From positions 488,963 to 552,962 of the forward strand of contig ML996701.1 in assembly GCA_010356995.1 (NCBI GenBank): a stretch of DNA of 64,000 nt, written 5' to 3'. This document shows positions 25,501 through 37,253 of the stretch, in pieces. This DNA comes from Trichodelitschia bisporula. Taxonomy: Eukaryota. The notes under the pieces were generated by a model, which was not told where the DNA came from, ran no database searches, and saw nothing but the letters and a program-made list of their open reading frames with translations. The position numbers and the translations under genes are program-made. Every line of letters begins with the position of its first letter. Position 1 is the first letter of the stretch.

Positions 25501-27136
25501 CCACAGGAACTCCAAACTGCATAACCCCTCTCCCCTCCAACCTCTTCCCATCCAGTCCATTCTGCAGCCTTCGTCTGAAACGCTGAGGGAGTTGCTTGTG
25601 AATGGTCAATTGATGGGAAACCCGTTGAACTGCATGGTATTCTTCGACGTTTGAGTTTGCCAGTTCTGCGCCTTGACAGTCGAGGTTGACGGGGGGCGTC
25701 GTTGTGATATGCAGGGGGTCCTGGTGCGGGAACCGACCTGCCACGCGAGCCTCGCATCGTGTAGGAACCTGCCAAATGGGAAAAGCTTGGGTTGCTTAGG
25801 TTGCTTGTACGGAGGTATGCGGCTTGCTGACTTGGTATTCAGGTTCATAGTGGGTTGAGGCTCCTGAGACCAAATGAAGAATTTTTCAAGGTCGGAGTAA
25901 CCATTGCATAGCGTATTCGTATTTCTTTGATAGTAGGTTAGCGGCTTTTCGCGATCGGCCTGTCGCTCTTCTCGGCGTCAGTGGGACAGCAAGAGCACGA
26001 GATCAACCGCACCGTGCTGCGGGAAGACGGGAAGACGGAAAGCCTGCCGAGATCCTCCCGCGTTTTCGCCCATATGAATGCCAGCCTCGTCGTCCTCGAA
26101 ACACGCATGACAGCCCTACTCCGTACACTTTCATCTTTTTTGCAAAGGCCAACCTATCAGCAGATTCTTTGAAGCGCGCTTGCTCCCACATCCAAACTGT
26201 ATGTTGCGTGCTACTTTGACGTTCGCGGTGGTGGTTGACGTCCCGCCGGCATCTGTACCCCTCGCGCCACGCGCCACACCTCGGACTCCGCATTTCATCC
26301 GCGATGTGCGACAGGATCGAGTCAGGGACTCACCATCCAACCTTGCTCGTATTCGACGACTGTCATTGGATAGCTTGAGCAAAATATGGAGCCTGTTATT
26401 CATGGCTAACCAGATATTAGTGGGGTGGCAAAGCCGCACAGGCCATGGCTCACGGCGGGCGCACTTCTGTGTGGTTGAACTTTACCGAACATGTTAACTC
26501 CATCACGATGTGTGTGGGGAAGTTAGGGAAAGGATCCCCATCAGTGCAGATTTTGCATCGATAAGCCGTGCAGAAACTGTGGAGGTGATCAATGCACTCT
26601 GATAGTCCGCTACCAACGAGAGCGTGTCTGAATTGTCCATGCGCGGAAAGACGATCTTCTGTGGTTACCAGAGGCTTAATTAGCGGGCAGGCTAATCTGA
26701 CTTCGACGGAGCCGTTGCCTCCTTAAGTGTTAACCTGAACTTAAAGCCTGCTGTAGCCCCGTGAAAACTAACGCTTGCCTCAGGAGTGCGGGACGTGATA
26801 AGCGTCTAGAGCGCGTCCTACTGGCACGGCTATGCGAGGTGAAGCCACATAAGCCCTGGAGTTCGTCTCAAGGTGCCGTTTGAATCATTGTGGTGGGGTG
26901 GAAACTGCATATCCGGGGTATGGCGGCGAACCATCGGAAGCGAGCGTAGAGGTTAGCAATCCCCTAGTTGGACCTGCTCCTTTCTTCCCGCAGTTGGTCA
27001 TGTACAAGAGCGCACCGTCCCTCCTGCGCCTGTCGTAAGCTGCATCCGGGTTCCACCTCGATTCCAATCTCGATCACTAGTTCGAGTTCCACCTACCAGG
27101 ACATTGCCGTACCGTGAAGGGATAGCGAAGGCAACG

Positions 27137-28591
27137 ATGGGTGCACCAACTCCTGCGGAGATGGCGGCATGGCCACTGCCAAACTACGTCAATCCAGAGA
27201 CCCGGAAGACCGCTCTCTTTGTGTGTATTGGGATCGGAATAGGATTCGCCTTACCTCTCGTCCTCTCACGCATCTTCATCCGCCTCAGGATGAAGGGTAA
27301 ACTCGGCGCAGATGACTGGGTCATCGTTGCTGCCATGGTATGAAAGTATCCAGGTCACATAGCATCAACTGACAGATCCAGATCTTGTCCATCGGTTCCA
27401 ATGCCCTCGCCGTGTATGGCACCCACTTTGGAGGCGGGTACCACCTATGGGACGTCAAGCCTCAATGGGTTCCAATATTCAGAAAAGTAATGAGTTCGGG
27501 CGATCTGTCGATGTCGACTGACCCTCACAGATTGCAATGGCCGGCGCTATCTTGTTCAACACGCTGGTTGTGCTTCCCAAGATTTCCGTCTGCCTAACCT
27601 ACCTCCGGCTTTTCCCATCGCGGCTAAACCGATACTTCTGCATCATCCTGATCGTGTTTATGATCGGCTTGTGTCTAAGCACGGATCTGGTGACAATCTT
27701 TCAATGCCGGTGGGTAGCCTGCCCAAAACGAAGTATGTGCTGACGACCGCAGACCGGTGAAGTCCTACTGGGACGCGACCGTCACTGCTGAATATTGCGT
27801 CGACCCGCCTGCGTTCAATCTTACGACTGGAAGTCTGAACAGCTTCACCGACCTGCTGTCTTACCTATGGCCTATTCAATTCCTGCTCCGCGTGCAAATC
27901 CCTCTGCGACAACGTTTGGGGATATGTCTCCTTTTTGCTCTCGGCTGCAGCGTGACAGTAGCTGGCCTCGTCCGCTTGTACTATGTCCACAAGACGCTGG
28001 CCGGTTGGGAGTATTTTTGTGAGTTACACCAAAGTACCATTTCGGTAGTCACTAACCACCAACGTATCAGATGATGGAGCTGCCATCTGGGCCTCTTCTT
28101 CGATCGAAGCCAATTTTGGAATTGTATTCGCGTGCCTCCACGCAATAAAGCCGCTCATGAAGGGCCTCACTGGTGCCCTCTTCAACGTCTACGGATCAGG
28201 ACGTCCATCGCGGCGGCAGTACAACAACCGTCCCAGCGGCCAGGACGAGAAGGATATTCCGATGACCTTCGGTTCCGGCTCCGACCGACCTACTCATAAG
28301 GCAGCAAACGGCGCTTCCGGTGTGTGGACGGGAACAGACGCAACGAAATCTGCCGTCACAAGGGCGAGCGTGAACTACTCGTCCCCCGATCTCACCATAC
28401 CACCTAAGGCAACTGTGGCGCCCAGGGATCTCAACGGCAATGGGGTAGTTGCGGATCCACCGGAACACGGGATTCGGTACACGCAGCGGGTGGTGGTGAA
28501 GTCGACGTCAGCCGAATCCGCATTGCGGCGGCCGAGCGCGGACAGCGAGACTTGGATTTTTGGGAAGCCTGGGAGTCCACATGTGGTTTAG
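27137..28591 (+). CDS. PTH11-like (rhodopsin-domain) integral membrane protein without CFEM
   Basis: AAWPLPNYVNPETR, RIFIRLRMKGKLGADDWVI, GGYHLWDV, KISVCLTYLRLFP, FQCRPVKSYWD, SLNSFTDLL..LWP, IEANFGIVFACL. About 5 exons with canonical introns. Confidence 0.9.
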
Positions 28592-29633
28592 ATGCCGCAC
28601 TATGGATTGTAGCCGGGCCGTGTACGTTAGATGTAATGCAGCATGTCACCGTAAAGAAGTGAATGTGATCCCACCCGAGACGATCGCTACGATGACTGAT
28701 GACGCCGAGAGCGCTAGAAAATACATGGAAGGCGCTGAACTGTCGATCACCAGGCGATATGAAGATGCAAGGCTTTACCAGGTCTTCAAGGCATGGTGCG
28801 TGTCTGTTGATATGATGCTTTAAGTGGTTGGCTTCATCATCCTTGAAGTCCTAGTGTCAACAACACTCGGACCGTCCTCCGTTCCGAGCCGGCACCCTTG
28901 TCAGCTGAAAGTCGCCAGTAGATCGACGACCAGCCCTCTCCTCCACCTCCCTTACATGTCAGTTCGCGCCTCGATCTTAATTCACTATTATGCGCGTGCT
29001 CTGGAGCCTCATATATGATGAGCCACACTATTCGCTGCAGCATCGCCCAGACTGCTCGAACCAATCCTAAGCTGCAACGATGTCCTGGCTAAAATCCTCA
29101 ACGTAGCAAGCATTTCCGCTCCTGGCCAAGCTCCGTCCCTGCTTCTTTCATCTCACTTCGGCGCTCGATATTAGCGCTGCGATTGTACGTTTGCAGAAGT
29201 GTTCCACGGGAATCTATTAATCATATGTTGGACATGTGATGGGACTCGAGAATAGGATGCTAGGATACCAAGCCCGACAGCTTCCGTGGCTCCGATGGGG
29301 GATACCAACATTTGACGAAGTCTGGAGGAACAGCATAGCATTCCCGATGGCGCCTGTAGAACCTGTAGGGTATGTACGTCATGCTTAGCCAACCCAGCGC
29401 GCGACCCGATATTGAGCCCGTTCCCAGTACGGGAATTTTCCGCGTTGAATTCCGATACTTGTTATCATCGGCAACCTCCAGCCCTTGGGCTAGGCATGCC
29501 TGTCCAAACCACCTTCTGCTCAAGGCTGGTCCAATCTCCTTAAGGATCACTTGTATCATGTCGCTGTACGACAGCTGGAAGGATTTTAAGGCGACCTCCC
29601 CGCATTGCAAGCTTTATCTGGGCAGTCGTTGCC

Positions 29634-30849
29634 ATGCCTTTCGTTCACCTGTTGTCAGCAACCCTTTTTGCGCAACTCCTGGCAGCTGCGGCGATAGGTA
29701 TGTGGCCATCTGAGGCTTTCGCTTCGCTGACATTTGCAGGCGATTTTACAAACCCTCAAGATGCAGCCTCGAAGGTGATTGAGGAGCGATCTCCGCAACG
29801 GGGAAAACAAGGTGCCCGGCCAAATCCTGCAGCACCTGGATTGCAGGTCTCTTCAGTGGCAATAAGCCCCGTCATGACGGTCTGGGGAGTTGGCGGTGTT
29901 CTGCAGTGGCCGCCACGTGTACAGGTCACTGATGTACCGGCGCCCAATCCATGGCCAGCCGCACCGGTTGCACCAGCACCTGCCGCTCCGGCGCCCAATC
30001 CATGGCCAGCCGCACCGGTCGCACCAGCACCAGCGGCGCCTCTCGCAGCCGCAGCGCCGGCGGTACCTGTACCTCCCGCCGTACAGCAGCCGGCAAGAAT
30101 CCAGGGACCAACGGTCATGACGCAAGCCCAGGAAGTGATGTGCCGGCGGTTTCCGGATATCATAGGCGACGGTAGCGGCCATATGAAGGTCTATAAGGAG
30201 CCCACGGCTTTGCAGATTGATTGCTGGACGACCGCCTCAATAGATGGCGCCAATGGAAGGATCCAAAATGATGGTAAAAAGAACCCGCGTCCGTGAAAAA
30301 GTGACTAAGACCGAAAGGCATTTGGGTCAAGATCAAAGACGACCAAAGTTCCTGCTTCATCAACGAGTTGGAAATTCAGGATAAGGACTATCAGTCCAAA
30401 GTGAAATATTGTGCGCCTCCGAGGCATTGGGTTGGCGTCATTCAGGAACAGTAGGCATTTCCTCAGTCCAGTTTCTGTTGGCTTGCGAGCCCTCATGTTG
30501 CGGCCCCGGAGCAAATTGCTCATGTCATGCTAGATACAACCGCCAGGATTGCTATACTTGCCCTAGCTTGGATTGCCAAAGCTCAAATCTCGGGGCTGGG
30601 CGATATGTCGATGTTGACTGTTTCACAAATGGCGAGGCAGCTGGCGGTAACAGGTTGGTAGGCCCTAATACAGCTACGGAGAACATGCTGATGAAGGCTA
30701 GAACATGGTACAAATCTCACAAGCAAAACTGCTTCTATCCAGGTGCAATATTTGTGGAAAGGGGATGGCTAGGTAAGAGCTTTGGCATGCTTTGAATCAC
30801 AGGCTGACCTCATTTTGAAGGCACACCGGGCTCAAGATGTGTGTCATAA
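29634..30849 (+). CDS. Secreted protein with Pro/Ala-rich repeats and two Cys-containing SH3b-like domains
   Basis: Signal peptide. Introns at about 29698-29739, 30274-30317, 30451-30533, 30654-30702 and 30773-30820 give an open frame to TAA 30847-30849. Two domains follow the pattern C..P...(V/I)xIxCxT..G..(D/N)xxWxK....CF. Confidence 0.72.
29937..30038 (+). repeat. 51-bp coding tandem repeat x2 (PAPNPWPAAPVAPAPAA)
   Basis: Copies start at 29937 and 29988 and are nearly identical. Confidence 0.9.
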
Positions 30850-31609
30850 TTAGCAATGAACGGCGTTTGCCTCTGGAATTGGACTCTTTGCCTGGAGCCC
30901 GCTTGCATTGGAGTGCCTCGAAAGGAGTACTCGTATTGTGCTATGCGAAGTGCCGGCGATGTTAGCACCGCTGACGTCGGAAGCGAGAATTGATCCTAAG
31001 TACTTAGTGCCCATTATAAGAATGGCGCAATGCTTTGCCGGTACATGTGTTGGTGAGTCGGTACTGGCGGTCCGTGTAGTTACACCGAGTCCTACTCGTC
31101 GGGTCTAATCGGCACCTTGCAAACACCGCCAACGACACGTCATCGCTTCTACAACCGCCAGTCTTATTCGTTTGCTTCTTTCTCTTCTTCTGCTGTATCG
31201 AGCTCTTCAGCATCTGCTCCTTTTTACTTCTTATACCCTATACAGATCCTCTACTGCGTATCTCCGTTGTACCTTTGCCGACATCAATCTTCATGAACAT
31301 CTATCGGGCTTCTTGGCACGCCTGCAATGGCGCTCGCTGCCCGTCATAACTTTTTATGTATTTCTGAATCCCTTCAACCTTTGATGGTACTAGCCCCTTC
31401 CCCCACCCCATTCAACGACCTGCTCACTTCACACTTGCAATAACACCCCCAGCCCCCATCGAACAACGGTCTATCTACACACATCTTAACGAAGCATCGC
31501 TCTCTTGGCGCCGGCATGTGGATTTCACGTATTTTCCGCATATTCAATTGGTTCCCCGTCTGCCTATGCCATTGGTAGGTGCCCGCAACACGCCTATAAG
31601 CGTGCGCAG

Positions 31610-31820
31610 CGACACTCAAGAAGGGACGGTCGCAGAGACGCTCAAGAAGGGAAGTTAACTGCCACACTCGCAGAAGGACGCTCAAGAGACGCTCGGGAGG
31701 GACACTCGCACAGACGCTCGAGAAGGACGCTCGCAGAAGACGCTCGACAAGGACACTCACAGAGACGCTCTAGAAGGACACTCACAGAGACGTCCAAGGG
31801 ACGCTCACAGAGACGCTTAC
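31610..31820. repeat. Degenerate minisatellite of 11-13-bp units with GAC(G/A)CTC core
   Basis: More than a dozen GACGCTC/GACACTC-like cores, spaced by purine-rich linkers (gcagaag, acaga, agaag). Confidence 0.8.
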
Positions 31821-31965
31821 AACCTTAGAAATGCGCAGAGACGCATACCCTTGGGCACTTGCCCTTCAAAACGTGCGAAAGTTTATAACTGCACCTGAAG
31901 TGGGCGCCCCACCCTAGTAGGAGTTTGAAACCAAGTGTGTGCTCATTGCTGATGTCTGCAGAGCA

Positions 31966-34183
31966 ATGCCAGATCTACCGGTGGTGCTCGTCAAGCGATC
32001 GTACCATTCAACCCTATCAACCTATTCGGACAGTGTCAACTCTTCATCCTCGCGAATGTCGACGAAGTCTCAGAAACTCTCCGATTCGACAATGCCTGAA
32101 GAAACGCCCGATCCAGCAGCGAAGTCAATATTCGGGACCCCTCATCTTTCAGCGAGCCAAGGTGGGAGTTGGGCATCTAATACCTGCCTATTGCTAACAT
32201 ATTCGTCGCAATCCTAGACCCACCAACGACGCCCAACGTCTTGCAGAGATCAAGACACTCAACTGCGGTAAAATATTCGCACGGTGTCAATTCTTCATCA
32301 TCGCCAATGTCAGCAGAATCTCGCCTACTCTCGGGTTCGACGACGTCTGAGGGGACACCCGACCGAGCACCGAAGTCAGTATTCGGGACGACACTGGAAT
32401 CCCAAATTCAACTGTATTGTGCTATACTTGGCGAGAACGAGCATGCATCGCCCGTTAAAGTCTCGAACTCGGCCACCATTTTCGATGTGGCGTCGAAGTT
32501 TCTGGCGAGGCTTAAACATCCTATTCCAGCAGTCAAGTTTGAGATATATACGGTGTCAATACATCACAGTCCTGAAGTCTTTAATCACTGAGCCTTCCAA
32601 AGGACGGCACGGGAAAAGATCGAGGCTCTTTCGCCGCGACCTGGCCCTTTGAATCCGCGCACTGCAGCGGAGAAATTTGTGGATCCCGATTCCGTCGTTC
32701 TTATCTTGGTCGCCGGAAGTAAGTTAGCCGGGTGCGGCACCTCACGTCCGTTTCCAGCGCTAATCACTAAATCAGAAGAATGACGAAACGAGATCCTGGC
32801 CAGTGGTAAGTTCTTCAATTATCTGGCGTAAAATGTTGACTTTGATAGGCTTCAAACTCCCACCCGAATATCGTTTGCGAACCTTCGTCAGTGGAAGTGG
32901 TGAGCACTGGGAATATCAGCCGCATCCGAATTTGTACCAGCAGTTGAATCGCGAAGCGTTTAAGCATTTCCGGGCCTACAGAAAAGGCCGCATTGATAAG
33001 ACTTCCATCCCGACATACTTCTTCCGAGGCGCCGCCCGGGCGGGCAAGTCCAGAAACGCCCAGGAACTGCATGCGTCCATCAGGAATGCTGTCGCATTGT
33101 CGCCGAACAACCCAGACTTCCCGGAGCTGATAAAACGAATGCAGAACGCGTTCGTGATCAATGTCAGCCTTATTCCACCCCACGACGCGGGTCTCTTGCC
33201 CCACGACGGTCTTCATGAGAGCAATTAGGGACGTGATGCTGGCTGCAATACTAGGGGAACAGCTGGCCGCCCAGATCAGATCCGAGCCCACTCCATCTCC
33301 CTGGGAAGTTCTGGAACTCCTAGCTAAAGGTCGCGGAATTGATCCTTACGACGAGATGACAGTCATTCTTTGTTTGGATGGAGATTTCAGTATCGGCCAT
33401 GGATTTGACAAGTTCTCGGATGCTACACTCCATGAGCTGATCACAGAACTTGGGAACATATCGCTCCAATATCGATCTCCATCCGAGGTACCTGGAAGAA
33501 GCAAGGACGGGGTGTTCGTCCTGGCGTGTATGACGGCTATCACGACGCCAAACGGCGCCATCCCTGGCCAAGATCAAAAGCGAGTTTTCCATCCCATCGC
33601 CCGTCTGGGCTCTCCCGTGTGGGCAGATTCCAAAGTGTCAGTTCTGGACCTGGCCAATCCCACCGTTCTGTGGTGGCAGGAGGACATGCGCGGGCATGCC
33701 GCGGCTTTGGAGTTTCTTGCCGATGGGATCGTCAAGCTAGAAGCACACGGTCAAAGGCACCTGAACAACGAGACGCTGGGTGGCGTAGTCCTCTTGGGGC
33801 CGATGGACAAGTACTGGAAGCTCTGCGACAAAATCCTGCAACGTTTTCATTTTCCTCCGTCACCGATCCTAACCGCCATCAAATTCAACCAGCCCATCAA
33901 TCCGACTGCCCCAGTTCAGTATTCACTTTTTCACGGCATGACGTGGGAGCTGATGACCCTATATGGAATGATGCGGATTGAAGAACGCGTTACTGACGGC
34001 CATCGAGCGTTTTACCTTGATGCACCCCTTATCTTGACTTGGTTTCTGGACCGACCGCCTGAAATCTCACGCTGGGTCATTGGACGATTAAGGTATACTC
34101 TTTTTGCACCGGGACTCATGACATTTCACATTGGCCGTCAGATAGCGGCGCTTACATGGTATACCGATCATTGGACGGGCTAG
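31966..34183 (+). pseudogene. Disrupted Crinkler (CRN)-like gene: CRN ubiquitin-like header plus P-loop NTPase-like domain
   Basis: Header IQLYCAILGENEHASPVKVSNSATIFDV...VVLILVAG resembles the CRN LFCAIVG..FPV.I / HVLV motifs. It is followed by SGEHWEYQPHPNLYQQL..HF..GRIDKTSIPTYFFRGAARAGKSRNAQE (degenerate Walker A, 33028-33051) and TVILCLDG (Walker B-like). In-frame TGA at 32589 and 32781, and a frameshift near 33165-33215. Confidence 0.62.
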
Positions 34184-34444
34184 AGTCGGCAAGAGGAGGA
34201 ATGCGGAGAGTATCGTGGGGAGACAGATGGCACACTGATGGATTACATCAAAGTTGAGATTCTCCGCCATGTGCGTGAATAAGTACTCTTTTCAATTGAG
34301 ATACCAATGCTGCACTGCTAATTTTCAAATTCCATATGCACCGAACGCCTTCTATAATATGCGTCTATTGTCCCCAACAGCGTGTCGCTCGTTCATAACC
34401 TCTAAGCCAAAGCCTCCACTTCTTCAATCAGCCCCCGCCCGCCC

Positions 34445-35941
34445 TCACTCAACCTTGACAACCAACCTCCTCCCACTAACCTCTCCCCTCCTCATCCGAT
34501 CCAAAGCCCCATTAACCCCTCCAAGCCCCTCATGCACAACCTCCGCCTCCGGCGGCGTAACCAACCCCCCCCTCAACAATCCCTCCAGCCAAACCATCAA
34601 CCCCTCCCCCACCTCTCGACACTCATGATGCACCTTAATCGGCACGACATGCTGTCTCACGCCCCCCTCCTCCTTCATGGGCAGCCCCGCGAGACCCACC
34701 AAATGCCCCCCCTCCCCCAGACACTTTCCCAACCATCCTGCTGTCTCCTTCCCGGCAGTATCAACCCCGAACCGCAATTCCTCACCCGTGACACGGCGTA
34801 TAATTGCCACTGCCCGCGCGGGGTCGTGGCTATCGACTAGTAAATCAGCGTGTTTGGTCCAGGAGAGAGCCGCGCCATGCTTCCCCACGTCTACGACTTT
34901 GATCACGCGTAGACCGAGCAGACGGGCTAGTTGGGCGAGCATTTTTGCGCTTGCGGATGAGCCGCCCCAGATTGCGAGCCAGTCCCCTTTCTTCGGCCGC
35001 TCCGCATCTGTCCTGCCGCTCAAACACTCCGCCCGCACGTCCGCCGGAATGACCTCCGGATCCAAGGCCCTGAGCACGGTGGGCAGATTCGGTCCCGGTG
35101 CCCCTTTTGCTCCCGTCCCGCTAAAGTCGCACCCGAGACATACGCCCAGTGCGAGAGCGGCCGCGACGAATGCCACGCCCAACCCGGCGGTTGCGGGGCT
35201 AGGCGAGGACGGGAGCCGCGCAACGTTGAACGAGGACGCGATGGCGTAGTGCTGATACGCCGCCTTTCTTGGGTCGCGGTAGTCCGTTGAGGCAGTGAGG
35301 ACCACATCCCCCACTTTAACCCGCGAATCAGAGGTCGGCGCCCGCACGACGGTCCCGACAATATCCCGCCCGGCGAGGTATGGGAGGGAGGGGATGCCGA
35401 AGTTGAAGTCCCTTCCAGGGTTAGTTTTGAAGGATTTGATCGAGAAGGAAACCTACGGCGCTTTCCAGTCTATCGGGTTGAGTCCGATGTATTCCACCCG
35501 TACGAGGAGCTCGTTGTCGTCTTTGATCTTGGGCACCGCAAAACCGTCCTCGAGCACGTATCGCGATTTTGGTGCGTGGAGGAGGAGGGCTTTTTGTCGT
35601 TCTGGAATATGGTGTTTGGTGCTGGCTGTGGCTGTGGTTCCGTTCGTGGCTTCCGCCCCGGCTGGTGCGGGACTCGGCCCGGGCCGCGGTTTCACGTCCT
35701 CAGCTCGCGGCTCGCTGCGCTCGGATTCTGACTCCAGTGTCCGGCGGCGTTTGGCGCCCTGTTCTGCGGCAGGACTGATGGCACGATAGGCTCGTTTTGG
35801 TGTCGGCGGCCAGAGGGAGGGGGAGGAGTGCGGAGCGGCGGGGGCGCTGAGAAGATGCATTTTTGGGGCTGTGGGGGTCGGCCGCGGAGAAGGAGAGACT
35901 CGGGAGAGGAGGGAGGAGGGGGCTAGAGATGGAGAGTTCAT
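34445..35941 (-). CDS. MDR-superfamily (GroES-like) oxidoreductase, trans-enoyl reductase-like
   Basis: ELLVRVEYIGLNPIDWKAP|DFNFGIPSLPYLAGRDIVGTVV, VKVGDVV, AIWGGSSASA, RRGEVSGRRLVV. Intron 35412-35456. The start could be 35941 or 35860. Confidence 0.88.
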
Positions 35942-36328
35942 GATGCCGTTGATGAATGGGATGGATGGGAGAATGGCCTTTCTGGGACATAAGACGTTGG
36001 GTGAGGGAGCACGGTTTTTGGTGCTCTTAGCTTAGGGTCGGGTTTAGGCTGAGCGCTGCGCACGCAATGCTCTAGCCTCGCCGCGCTTGCGCTATGGCGA
36101 CTGCTGGATAGTGAGTGCATAGGCAGACATGAGCCCCACCGAGCGTAAGTCTCGCTCGCTGATGACGGAAAGCAGCGCGGCGTGCCAATGCGGAAGGACT
36201 CGAGCCCAATTGACATATCACCATTTCGCCGCTTTGATGGCAAGGGAACCCCGCTAGTGGCGAGCAGCGGGAGTGTGGGGACATGCAGTGTGGGCATGGT
36301 GGTGGACGAAATGGAGTGTTGTTGGATG

Positions 36329-36373
36329 TCACGTGTCGTGAGGTGTCGTGCGCGAGGCTCTGGATGGCATCAT
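36329..36373. promoter_or_regulatory. Candidate sulfur-regulon sites: TCACGTG (Cbf1-type) and ATGGCATCAT (CYS3/MetR consensus ATGRYRYCAT)
   Basis: TCACGTG at 36329-36335 and a perfect ATGRYRYCAT match at 36364-36373, about 400 bp upstream of the MDR gene. Short motifs that may be chance. Confidence 0.3.
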
Positions 36374-37253
36374 TTGCGCTTATGGGTTAGCTGCGCCGGA
36401 TGTGGGGATCGGGTGCAGCGTGGGGACTGCGGGGTTGCGTTGTATAAAAATGAAGCTTGGAGTAGATGCATCCCCGGGTCCGCGTTGAGCAAAGAGTTTG
36501 TGAAATCGTGGTCGGCAAGGCTGATGGGTTTGGATCGGGACGATGCTGTGAAGACGTAAGAGGTTAGCCTTCGATGATTGACTACCGCAACTTGGCAACG
36601 CCCCGCGATTTTCTCTCACCGGGAGTTTTGAAGCAAGATGTCGATGTCGCCATCGCACGGGATTGGAATACCTCTGACGGATGGAAGATACCGAGACCGG
36701 AACGGAAAACGTCATCAGCCGGTTATCAGCAGAGGTCCATTATCCACACCAATAGCGGGCAGCAAAACAGTCTGCTTGCTGTAGGCTATTACTGTCTGAG
36801 AGCGGATGAGTTTGTGGGCGTGGTAATGGAAGCACAGGCTTAACACTTGCAATGGCTACGGCGTGAAGTGGAAAGGTTGAAAAAAGGTTGAAAAAGGATG
36901 AAAAAGAGAAGAGAGTCAATAGACGTTCGAAGCTACATACACGATGTGGCAAATGTCCTCCCATGCTCCTTCCTCCCTTCATGTGAACCGTACAAAGTTC
37001 CTTCCCAAGAGTAATATGCTCCTTCCTGCCTAGCAATACGCCTCCCTCATGTCTACATAACGCCGTCGGACATATTCACACCCGCTTCATGGACAGTTGA
37101 TGCGCCAGTGTACGCCCCAACTTTAAGGACGATAGCATGAAAGGTCATTAGTTCTAGTCATTTTGCTATTCAAACAGTGTCCGTTTTACTGCAAACCAGC
37201 GGTAACTCCAATTGAGAAATGAAATGCGCCAATAGACAACCATGATCCAATTT

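Noticed and set aside
24512..26439. Fragmented minus-strand ORFs as a gene or transposon
   Set aside because: No transposase, RT or integrase motifs, no terminal repeats and no consistent splice model.
31610..31820. CRISPR-like repeat-spacer array
   Set aside because: Cores are 7 nt, linkers are 4-6 nt and similar to each other, the context is eukaryotic and no cas genes are present.
32589..32783. Selenocysteine or A-to-I rescue of the CRN-like TGA codons
   Set aside because: A frameshift is also present, Dikarya are not known to use selenocysteine, and fungal stop-correcting editing favours UAG.
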